From IMG/VR virus record IMGVR_UViG_3300033562_000145, positions 1 through 24,142 of that record: a stretch of DNA of 24,142 nucleotides. One strand, given 5' to 3'. Both the position numbers and the translations under genes were made by a program. This document shows, in pieces, positions 8,801 to 15,683 of this stretch. Under the pieces are notes generated by a model that saw only the letters and a program-made list of their open reading frames with translations, searched no databases and was not told the origin of the DNA. The DNA comes from a virus. Taxonomy: Duplodnaviria > Caudoviricetes. Every line of letters begins with the position of its first letter. The first letter of the stretch is position 1.

Positions 8801-10266
8801 TACAGGTTCTTACCGGAAACAAGTCCGAGGGATTTGTTAAGGTAGGAGACACGATGTTCCACAAAGGCGAGTTTGCCTACAGAAACTCCCCCGACGCTCC
8901 ACCCGAAAAGAGCTTTCTGACGCCGAAGCAACGAGCCTCTCAAGACAAGGACTTTGCCAAGGGCTTGGATGAGTTTGTGGCCAATTCCACAGAGCCGCCT
9001 AGAGCCGGAGAAACTCCATACAAACAGCGTAAACGCCTAGAGCGTCAGTATGCCAAGGAGCACTCAGCGGTGCCGATGCAGTCTCACGAGTCCATCAAGG
9101 CTGCCGACCCGGAAACTGGGGCTATCGGCTATCACGCCAAGACCAGTAAGAACGAGGAGGACATCCGTGAGGGTATCATCTCCGGCAAGGGCATCAGCAC
9201 CATCACGCTGGGAAACAACACCTACACCTATGTGGAACTAATGAACCACTTCAGGGAACTGGGGCTGGGTTGGTCCGGCGTAAGCAAGGGCAACCTGATT
9301 CAGAACTCCGCAGGAACAGTGAAGAGCGAGGTCAGGAGTCAGGTAGGAAATCCAGTAGTGAATACTATCGGGAATCTTGGGGACGGCGTCGAGACGCTAA
9401 CAAGACTCTCCCACTTCATAGACAAGCTGGACCAAGGCTTTGGACTTGAAGAGGCGGCTATGGGCGTGAGAGCCTACCACGTAGACTATCGTGACCTTAC
9501 CTTACCGGAGCGTAATGTCTTTAGACGACTGGCCCCGTACTACACCTATATGAGAAAAAATCTTCCAATTCAGGTAAAAAATGTATATACTAATCTAGGT
9601 AAGGTAAATATGGTATCGGAATTGGTAAGGGCATCCTATGACGCCATTGAAGTCAACAACAATGGCAACGCTCCTGTCACGGATGACTTCCTGAAAGAGG
9701 GCTTGGCTATTCCGCTTGGGATAGACCAGCAAGGGAACGTGCAGTACCTCAACTGGAATCTGCCTATTATGGACTTGGGAAGGCTCCGACTTGACTTCGG
9801 GGAATCCTTCGATATGAACATCCTAGAGATGCTTCATCCGGCCATAAAAGCCGGGTTCGAGTTACCTGCAAACACGTCCCTCGGGTTCAACCAGCCTATC
9901 GAGAAGTTCCAAGGGGAAGAGACTCCACTCTTGCCTAACACGGACACCTTCGGTATACCGAAGCAAGCCAACTACTTCATTCAGCAAATGGGTGTTGTGG
10001 AAAGTGCTCGTAAGGCTATTGGGGCCGGCTATAACGCTGTAACAGGTGCACCAGCCGACCCAATGAAACCGACACAGATACCAATGCTTCAGAGCATATT
10101 ACCTGTCAAGAATCAGTATAACACGCTAAACAATCAGGCTTATCAGTATAGGGACCAGCTTCAGGAGTACATCAAGTACCTTGAACAGGAAGGTCTTCCG
10201 GTACCGACGCTTGAGGAACTACGTCGGATGTCTCCCTCCGGGTATAGCGGGTATACGCCACGTTAA
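5854..10266 (+). CDS. Large internal virion / DNA ejection protein (large polyvalent protein-like, 1470 aa)
   Basis: TAAGGAGGTG RBS. Largely helical. Contains DVAIDPLTYVSFG, FNPAFIMRNAIGE and ETLTRLSHF...EEAA...HVDYRDLT...RRLAPYYTYMRKN, resembling the C-terminal part of podovirus ejection/large polyvalent proteins. Last gene before the lysis cassette. Confidence 0.7.
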   Translation: MAQFDYTKYIGYTPTAQTTVKAPKFSLAAQGYKTPAYVNPRIPENNPYKSISNYQTRLSGVGVPAPERDADGDGGLLNGVLRVLQTTGSASTNVLHDIVKGVQTPGRQNTVGSLAKSYGKSWTGERQDTMTDVFDTMGWKADKNPDGRWYNPASWDMSNTARNLLTFAGDVAIDPLTYVSFGTVGLAKNATKGLTKEALGTLVTKQTSHITDITQDLAKELGEDPMAIAKRAMAASKGDAKSADLAMRTAYALASGGTASVDKRTMAYLVDKGLNGVNSDIIDAFAQKSLKAQEGITKSADGMSPMTKAVKSRSGTLSSFFGKSLSGDGGGLNIYDALKTAKSVDEFDAMVGGLTGVMKSFTLTNILAQPTLRPGRMAAYTAEEKAVKEIAAKRVYKNLDDATLATKMDAMDMTELDVLGALYDGFKGADISELEVMTHEIRKSLMKRKTLIKETDISKVMDKFEAERGLRSQVKELADGVEFANGLQRAYDQAGKRFYFRYHNPVTNQVKPLVELTGLVQNPAMKRAGEVALGLPVIKQSRDILGYIFQPEYMGKQARQIALRDADLKKLKDAYKTGNITKQDYDHAVAKANERYDNVIESRNDFAKKISKYLRIETSIPYKSVESAVNLFYDEAHVLDKAFLKSDKLRKAVTYYRQKGNSDVAKVGWELMTGKSLDDILDEMGRVTDDAFEEMDDELLEGMDTTIEELRKIFGDPKMQKFIKDHQVSAEDMAILERASGKVTAYFGALKDFDESRGTIFSNVEQSNHEAGVHGFGQDTPQTVGNVVTPENYVHAVYKNNRDADSFVVSSMDKSDVENIKTNSSGTAKSADEKRFPSMFDAMSAGKEPIDDIVMSMSLRHVESLRVDLNRRLVTDLEGAILTEPGFAQLISKNPMAGATPLKIGRTEFYAMPEVVNQLNRIVDTFSTNLGVAQLTSYMDNVTNWMKKFQTSFNPAFIMRNAIGEPAMNFFDGVKPESWEKAVQVLTGNKSEGFVKVGDTMFHKGEFAYRNSPDAPPEKSFLTPKQRASQDKDFAKGLDEFVANSTEPPRAGETPYKQRKRLERQYAKEHSAVPMQSHESIKAADPETGAIGYHAKTSKNEEDIREGIISGKGISTITLGNNTYTYVELMNHFRELGLGWSGVSKGNLIQNSAGTVKSEVRSQVGNPVVNTIGNLGDGVETLTRLSHFIDKLDQGFGLEEAAMGVRAYHVDYRDLTLPERNVFRRLAPYYTYMRKNLPIQVKNVYTNLGKVNMVSELVRASYDAIEVNNNGNAPVTDDFLKEGLAIPLGIDQQGNVQYLNWNLPIMDLGRLRLDFGESFDMNILEMLHPAIKAGFELPANTSLGFNQPIEKFQGEETPLLPNTDTFGIPKQANYFIQQMGVVESARKAIGAGYNAVTGAPADPMKPTQIPMLQSILPVKNQYNTLNNQAYQYRDQLQEYIKYLEQEGLPVPTLEELRRMSPSGYSGYTPR

Positions 10267-10292
10267 TATTAACTATAGGGGAGGACACGCTT

Positions 10293-10661
10293 ATGACTGA
10301 CTGGGCTAACGTTGGAAACTTCGGGGTAGCCGGGCTAATCGTCGCCGGCGTCGTCTATGTTGTGGTAACATACATAAACGCACACAAGAGCGATACGCCC
10401 GCCCCTCAGAGTCCACAGACAAGAACTCCAATGGAGTATAAGAACAGGTCGTGCTCGGATTCCCTACAGGGTTTCCTGATTGAAAACACCAAGGTGACGG
10501 CGGAGTTGCTGGCCTTGATGCGACAGCAGCACGACAGTGACCGGGAATGGGTCAGGCACAACCAAGAGGCTATGCAAGGACTTGTAATAGCGATAAACAA
10601 TGTAGTCACGACGTCTAAAGAGATACTCGATAGAGTAAAGGACATAGACCGAAAAGGCTAA
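10293..10661 (+). CDS. Single-TM membrane protein, holin/holin-accessory-like (122 aa)
   Basis: GGGGAGG RBS. N-terminal hydrophobic helix (FGVAGLIVAGVVYVVVTYI) followed by a coiled-coil. First gene of the lysis cassette. Confidence 0.6.
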   Translation: MTDWANVGNFGVAGLIVAGVVYVVVTYINAHKSDTPAPQSPQTRTPMEYKNRSCSDSLQGFLIENTKVTAELLALMRQQHDSDREWVRHNQEAMQGLVIAINNVVTTSKEILDRVKDIDRKG

Positions 10662-10676
10662 ACACAGGAGGTACTT

Positions 10677-10874
10677 ATGAACATCATTAAGAAGCTGACG
10701 AACACTAAGACGCTAATAGGCATTACAAGCCTTGTGGTATTCATCCTCGTCACTTGGGGCGTAGAAGTTGAAGCCACGAAAATCGAATTGACCGTGCAAG
10801 CGGTCTGTGCCATCGGCGTTATGCTGGGCATCCTTAACGACGAGGGTATGACCGAAGTCGCTTGGAACAAATAG
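10677..10874 (+). CDS. Holin (two TM helices, 65 aa)
   Basis: AGGAGGT RBS. Basic N-terminus and two hydrophobic segments (TLIGITSLVVFILVTWG; AVCAIGVMLGILND). Immediately upstream of the endolysin. Confidence 0.8.
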   Translation: MNIIKKLTNTKTLIGITSLVVFILVTWGVEVEATKIELTVQAVCAIGVMLGILNDEGMTEVAWNK

Positions 10875-10890
10875 GAGAAAGGGGGAGCCT

Positions 10891-12165
10891 ATGTTATCAT
10901 ATCGAATCAAGCCGGAAGACCTGACGCTATCAGTTGTGGGGAGAACAAAGGACTCCCCACTGACCTTATCCGCCAATCCGTACACCATAGAGACCCACAA
11001 ACCCCTAGGCTTTTTAGCCATAGAGGGTAATGTGTACAGTGCCTCGCCTGAGGGCTTGCCTGTGCTCTTGGTGTATGAGGACGGTGGAGCAGAGATACGC
11101 ACGGAGTATAGCATACTCGATGTGGCAAACGCTCGATTTGTCGTGTCAGGAAGTGCTATGCTAATCGAACATCGAGAAAAGATAAAAAAGCCGTCTCCGC
11201 TCAATCTGAGAGCCGCTGTGCCTATGCCACGTATGGGGGTAGGAACACTCACGACAGGGGAGCTCATCTTCCTTGTGGTTGAGGGGACTCTTGACGACCT
11301 ATACAAGGCATTTGCGTTTTACAAGATATACGACGCAATGATGTTGAGCTATAACGACATCTATGTAAGAGATACTTTAGGAGGTATAATGATGGGTACA
11401 CAACCTATAACCGTACTAGAAGCCAAAACCTTCAAAGCAATGGCCAAACCAGTGGTTGTGCTTGACGCCGGACACGGCGGCACGGACCCCGGAGCCATAG
11501 GCTTTGGCAAGCACGAGGCCGACGTTAACCTGATGATGGCCAAAGCTATGCAAAAATATTTAACGGACCACTACAATGGCACGTTCCTGTTAGTAAGAGA
11601 CACCGACGCCACTATCGAACTCAACGACAGACCGAAGATGGCCAAGGCTATCAATGCGGATTTTTACTTCTCAACCCACACCAATGCGTTTTCCGACCCA
11701 AGTGCTAACGGGTATGAGTCCTTCACATACCTAGGGAGTGACGCTCGTGTTAAAACATCGGATGAAATCAGGAGCGTCGTTCACGATACCGTGATGCACT
11801 TCCTGAGCCCTTATGGTATAACGGATAGAGGTAAGAAGAAGGCTAACCTGTGTGTGGTAAGAGAGAACAAGTGCCCGGCGATGCTCGTAGAAAATCTGTT
11901 TATCACGAATCCACAGAATAACAAGCTATTGACCGATGCAGCGTTTTGTAGACAGTTGGCTGAAAAGACGGCGGAAGGTATTGCCAAGGGGATGAAGCTG
12001 ACCAAGAAACTGACAACTTCACAGCCAGAGGCAACTCCGGACGTGCTTTACAGCGTGCAAGTCGGAGCCTTTGCTTATAAGAAGGGTGCGGAAGAGACGC
12101 TCACCCGGTTGAAACAGGCAGGCTTTAACGGAATAATCGTAAGTAAGAACATAAAAAAAGAGTAG
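10891..12165 (+). CDS. Endolysin: degenerate NAGPA/phosphodiester-glycosidase-like N-terminal domain + N-acetylmuramoyl-L-alanine amidase (Amidase_3) + SPOR domain
   Basis: Amidase_3 zinc/catalytic motifs VVLDAGHGGTDPGA, HEADVN, STHTNA and MLVENLF. SPOR motif LYSVQVGAF...LKQAGF. N-terminal PRMGVG...LIFLVVEG resembles NAGPA PRTAIG...LVVVDG. Confidence 0.9.
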   Translation: MLSYRIKPEDLTLSVVGRTKDSPLTLSANPYTIETHKPLGFLAIEGNVYSASPEGLPVLLVYEDGGAEIRTEYSILDVANARFVVSGSAMLIEHREKIKKPSPLNLRAAVPMPRMGVGTLTTGELIFLVVEGTLDDLYKAFAFYKIYDAMMLSYNDIYVRDTLGGIMMGTQPITVLEAKTFKAMAKPVVVLDAGHGGTDPGAIGFGKHEADVNLMMAKAMQKYLTDHYNGTFLLVRDTDATIELNDRPKMAKAINADFYFSTHTNAFSDPSANGYESFTYLGSDARVKTSDEIRSVVHDTVMHFLSPYGITDRGKKKANLCVVRENKCPAMLVENLFITNPQNNKLLTDAAFCRQLAEKTAEGIAKGMKLTKKLTTSQPEATPDVLYSVQVGAFAYKKGAEETLTRLKQAGFNGIIVSKNIKKE

Positions 12166-12186
12166 GGCTTACGCCCTACTCTTTTT
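12155..12186. terminator. Bidirectional intrinsic terminator between the convergent late and replication arms
   Basis: AAAAAGAGTAGGGC-TTAC-GCCCTACTCTTTTT is a perfect 14-bp inverted repeat with A/T tracts on both sides. Confidence 0.9.
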
Positions 12187-12549
12187 ATCTAAAGTTTTAA
12201 TACCTAAGCACGTGTCTAGCATAGCGAGCACTCGGTCTGCACTTTCAGCGGTACCACTGAATACTCCATTCGTGGCCAACTTCTCAAGGAAACGCTTTTG
12301 TAAGGCGGTGGTATCGGACCCGGAGCGTTTCATTTCCACCCATAGGCCCACACCATTAACCGCTATGTACAAGTCAGGGACACCAGCTTTTTGGAATCCC
12401 CCTCCGTGTATCTTCACCACCACGCTATCCGGGAATTTATCCCGGATAGCTTTTATAGTGGCGTTTACTATTGACGTCTCGCTCGGTTGGGTTGAGTCTT
12501 TGCTGTAGGCTCCTGTGCCGTTGCCATACTCTCCTAAACCGTACTCCAT
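12169..12549 (-). CDS. VRR-NUC domain nuclease (putative Holliday junction resolvase)
   Basis: SETSI...KAGVPDL...WVEMKR...TALQKRF, the PD-(D/E)XK VRR-NUC pattern. 126 aa. Confidence 0.85.
   Translation of the reverse strand: MEYGLGEYGNGTGAYSKDSTQPSETSIVNATIKAIRDKFPDSVVVKIHGGGFQKAGVPDLYIAVNGVGLWVEMKRSGSDTTALQKRFLEKLATNGVFSGTAESADRVLAMLDTCLGIKTLDKKSRA
12424..12454 (+). terminator. Candidate + strand intrinsic terminator inside the VRR-NUC gene (antisense to it)
   Basis: GCTATCCGGGA-ATTTA-TCCCGGATAGC is a perfect 11-bp stem followed by TTTT on the + strand. Confidence 0.5.
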
Positions 12550-12550
12550 A

Positions 12551-13018
12551 CTATAACTCTATTTCATCATCAAGGTCAATGACTTCCATATCGTCATCAT
12601 CGTCTATCTCAGTATCCACAGCCTTTGTAGGTGCCTTAGTGGCGGTAGCCTTAGCCGGGAATACCTTCTTAACGTTGCTGTACTCTTTATCGTCTTGCAT
12701 TTTCAGGAATACTTCAATACCTAGCATCTTGCCCTTTAGAGCGTCCGGGTCAAATGTGATTGCAGCCTTAGGCACTTCGATGCCAAGAGCTACCAACGTG
12801 TTTCTCAAGTTGAACAGTGCGGACGGTTTTAGGCTTGTGATGTGGTTGATGTGAAGCCCCTTAGACGCCCCTTGTACTATCATCAAGTCCCATTTCAGGT
12901 AAGGGAACTCTCCGGTTCCCGGTTCCTTTGTAATGCCCATAACCTTTGCAACGTGGTTTCCCGGTGCTACGAATCCATCCTCAGATACTCCGCTAAAATC
13001 AATTTTCATCTTGCTCAT
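12551..13018 (-). CDS. DUF669-like single-stranded DNA-binding protein
   Basis: IDFSGV...VAPGNH...GEFPYLKWDL pattern and acidic C-terminal tail (DDDDDMEVIDLDDEIEL). Directly downstream of the AAA_24 ATPase. Confidence 0.75.
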   Translation of the reverse strand: MSKMKIDFSGVSEDGFVAPGNHVAKVMGITKEPGTGEFPYLKWDLMIVQGASKGLHINHITSLKPSALFNLRNTLVALGIEVPKAAITFDPDALKGKMLGIEVFLKMQDDKEYSNVKKVFPAKATATKAPTKAVDTEIDDDDDMEVIDLDDEIEL

Positions 13019-13042
13019 TTTGAACCTCTTTCTGCCTATCGG

Positions 13043-14044
13043 CTACTTAAATACTGCACTATACAGCTTGTCTAAATTAGGGTTAGCGATTATACCACTC
13101 AGCCTTGTGGTCCGGTCTTTCGTGACGTACTTGGAGTTTGGCAACGCTGACATCCTAAACTGCATCCCCTTGTCCGTCTTGGCTATAGATAATCTTGCAA
13201 TAACATCGGCTTCGGATAGAATGTACTTCCGTAATCCTTGGTTTAGTGCTGGGTATATACTAAATTCGTCCGAATCAATGTCCTCTGAGTTACTGCCCTC
13301 TTGGCATAGGATGATACGTTGTACCGGAAGTTCCTCGAATTGCTGAAGCCAAAACTTCATCTTCTCTCCCATATCGCCCCAGTTTTTAAGCGTCTTCTTG
13401 AGTATGTCCTTATCGGCGTCCTTGGCCTTCTCGCCAAGTACCACATTCCTCATACACACTTCGGCAAGTCTGTCGGCGGTGTCAAACCCTATGGACTTGA
13501 CTAGGAACGTGCCACCCTTTACCGGTATTTCTATACCCACAATCTCGTTCGTTTCAGGGTCGAGTATTTGTGGTGATTGAGCAAGGAGCCAGTATACCTG
13601 TTCCAGCTTCTCCCACGTGTCTACTCTCAACTTCTTGGCCTTGCCTTTGGACTTGTCTCGTATAGACAGCGTGCCGTCTTCCGAGGCCAGTACCAGCATA
13701 CCATCTGTGGTACTCAACAACGTCGTTTTACCGGTTCCGTTCTTTCCGTAGATGCACCACGTCAGGTACTTTACTCTATCGTCTATGTCGGTGATTAGGA
13801 AGGATATGTCGTTCTCGTCTATCTCCTCTTCAACTACCGGCGTCGCTTTCTTGGGTTTGCTCTTTGCCGGTGTAGGGGCAGCAAATTCAGTACCACCGAA
13901 TATGTCCTCTACGTCTTCTTCCAACTCCTTGCGGTTCTTAGCCATCACCTTGTCGTAGTCGTCCTCTACAGCGTCTATATCTACACCGCCTGTAAGGTCC
14001 AACTCGAAGATGCTGTCTGAAACCACGTCCTTTTTACTCGCCAT
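13043..14044 (-). CDS. AAA_24 / Sak4-like P-loop ATPase (ssDNA annealing protein)
   Basis: Walker A IYGKNGTGKTT, then SEDG, SIGFDT, and C-terminal ADVIARL and TKDR. Has an acidic N-terminal extension of about 90 aa. Confidence 0.85.
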   Translation of the reverse strand: MASKKDVVSDSIFELDLTGGVDIDAVEDDYDKVMAKNRKELEEDVEDIFGGTEFAAPTPAKSKPKKATPVVEEEIDENDISFLITDIDDRVKYLTWCIYGKNGTGKTTLLSTTDGMLVLASEDGTLSIRDKSKGKAKKLRVDTWEKLEQVYWLLAQSPQILDPETNEIVGIEIPVKGGTFLVKSIGFDTADRLAEVCMRNVVLGEKAKDADKDILKKTLKNWGDMGEKMKFWLQQFEELPVQRIILCQEGSNSEDIDSDEFSIYPALNQGLRKYILSEADVIARLSIAKTDKGMQFRMSALPNSKYVTKDRTTRLSGIIANPNLDKLYSAVFK

Positions 14045-15050
14045 CTTGTACCTCCTCTACGCTCCTGTTAGACTCCTTCTTTTGGAAGTCTGCACTAATT
14101 ATGTCGTCTATGTTCATTCCGGCCAGTTCTCCATAGCACAGCTTTTGGTAGGAGCAATCCCACGAACAACGCTGTTTCAGTGTGTTACGGACAAAGCGTG
14201 TTTTAGGCACATTCTCCGCATTTACGTATTCATCGTATTCATCCATAGTGGCTATGATTTCGGCTTTCATAATGTCTATCGTCTTTCGGTTTACCGGGAG
14301 TTTCATACGCTTGAAATAGACGTTCTTACTGAGCTTCTCTATCATATCCTCGTAGTCTTCCGGGTTAAGCCCGTGCTTTTTAACTGTCTCGAAGTAAGTG
14401 GCCACGTCCGTGTCTATCTGAGCCTTGGAGAGCCCACCGCTCTTTAGTATCGCCGGTTCTTTCGGGGCCTTGGTTTTGATGTGGTTGAACATAAACCCGG
14501 AAAGTGTACCCCCCAAACTAGTTATCTTGTCCATCAGCACCTTGTCATTCATTACAGCGTCGAAGTACATCACCAGCTGTAAGTCCATATATAGGTCACG
14601 CTCTTCAGGAAGGGCTTTCACTGTTTTGTGGTCTGCTATCCACACCCTCTTGTTAGCGTCCATCACTATCCAGTCAATATAACCGATGTAAGTGTGGTTG
14701 TCGTTTAGCTTGTACTCAACCTTGTACTCCGTAGCCAGTGTCACACTTCCGGCGTCAAGCGTTTTGTAAGCGTTGATATAGCCCTTTGATATTCTGTAAA
14801 GCTCCTTGGGTAGGTACGCCCACTCTTCACGCTCCTCATCGAATACGTGCTCTAGGTCAACCACAAGGTTCTTGATAGGGTCTGTCCAATCCTTACCGGC
14901 GTAGTAGTTGTTCAAACACTCGTGTAGAACAATTCCCTTTTGTGGTGCGATTGACTTGGTGATGGGCTCCAACCCTAGAACGTCGCTATAATAACAAGCG
15001 TGTTTACAACGTCTCCACCGGTTTATTTTACTTGCACTTCCTACTGCCAT
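14034..15050 (-). CDS. Cas4/AddB-like PD-(D/E)XK exonuclease with Fe-S cysteines
   Basis: SASKI..W.RC at the N-terminus, G..LH, GYIDW...IADHKT, QLVMY, and C-terminal CSWDCSYQKLC. Confidence 0.85.
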   Translation of the reverse strand: MAVGSASKINRWRRCKHACYYSDVLGLEPITKSIAPQKGIVLHECLNNYYAGKDWTDPIKNLVVDLEHVFDEEREEWAYLPKELYRISKGYINAYKTLDAGSVTLATEYKVEYKLNDNHTYIGYIDWIVMDANKRVWIADHKTVKALPEERDLYMDLQLVMYFDAVMNDKVLMDKITSLGGTLSGFMFNHIKTKAPKEPAILKSGGLSKAQIDTDVATYFETVKKHGLNPEDYEDMIEKLSKNVYFKRMKLPVNRKTIDIMKAEIIATMDEYDEYVNAENVPKTRFVRNTLKQRCSWDCSYQKLCYGELAGMNIDDIISADFQKKESNRSVEEVQDGE

Positions 15051-15174
15051 AGCGTTTTGCCTCCTTTTTCATCACATAAGCACGCTGTGCGACTTGCACA
15101 CCAAATATACTTACTGCTGCTAATACTAACCCCACCATTATTCCAAGTATCTGAATTGCGAAGTTTGCAAGCAT
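15028..15174 (-). CDS. Small single-TM protein (48 aa), absent from the ORF track
   Basis: Read by hand: MLANFAIQILGIMVGLVLAAVSIFGVQVAQRAYVMKKEAKRYGSRKCK*. GAGGTG RBS 5 nt upstream. Fills the gap between its neighbours and overlaps the start of the nuclease gene. Confidence 0.75.
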   Translation of the reverse strand: MLANFAIQILGIMVGLVLAAVSIFGVQVAQRAYVMKKEAKRYGSRKCK

Positions 15175-15176
15175 AT

Positions 15177-15482
15177 CTACACCTCATAAGATTCTAGCGG
15201 AGCGGGTATGTCGTGCTCAAGGTCTTTCGCATACTCCCACGTCGCCTCGTTATAGTGTGCTCTCCACCGTCTTAGGAAATCGGCCACCGGCTCCTTTACC
15301 TCGATTACTGTTAACGTAGCCAAGTCAGCTACATATAGTGCGGTTACTCCGTGGTTCTTCTCCACGTAGGTTAAGCCACCGTGACTCATTCCCGTGTGTA
15401 GCGTCGTACGGCTTACCGCCAAGTAGAAATAGCGTATCTTGTCCGGTCTGCGTCTTAGCTTATCCGAGCGTTCCTTAGCCAT
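15177..15482 (-). CDS. Hypothetical protein (101 aa)
   Basis: AGGGGG RBS. TAATG overlap with the upstream ORF. Same orientation as the operon. Confidence 0.7.
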   Translation of the reverse strand: MAKERSDKLRRRPDKIRYFYLAVSRTTLHTGMSHGGLTYVEKNHGVTALYVADLATLTVIEVKEPVADFLRRWRAHYNEATWEYAKDLEHDIPAPLESYEV

Positions 15483-15667
15483 TATAAATGCCCCCTTTTG
15501 AAAAATGTGTCGGTTCTCATATTCAGTGCAAAGTTAGCAATGATTTGTAGGGTGTCACACTCTATAAACGTACCATTAACTTCTACACCGCCGTAACTAT
15601 CCACCTTTACTGTAACGTCCTCTTCGTTTAGGTTCTGTACCGTTATAACCGTAGTATCTTTTGACAT
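15482..15667 (-). CDS. Hypothetical protein (61 aa; start revised to MSKDTT)
   Basis: AAAGGAG RBS upstream of the ATG at 15667. The longer start in the track (15733) lies inside the promoter. Confidence 0.7.
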   Translation of the reverse strand: MSKDTTVITVQNLNEEDVTVKVDSYGGVEVNGTFIECDTLQIIANFALNMRTDTFFKRGHL

Positions 15668-15683
15668 ATTGTTCTCCTTTCGT

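Noticed and set aside
10264-10284. TAATATTAACTATAGGGGAGG resembles a T7-type phage promoter (…ACTATAGGGAG)
   Set aside because: Single copy, lacks the specificity region, and no phage RNA polymerase is in view. It is explained by the stop codon plus the RBS of the next gene.
10713-11306. 197-aa antisense ORF over the holin/endolysin, and similar shadow ORFs (e.g. 8446-8943, 21117-21572, 22890-23327)
   Set aside because: They lie opposite well-supported genes, have no recognisable motifs, and I saw no convincing RBS. They are typical antisense open frames.
14034-15050. Cas4-like nuclease as evidence of a CRISPR system
   Set aside because: No repeat-spacer array and no other cas genes. Its context (Sak4, SSB, resolvase) indicates recombination.
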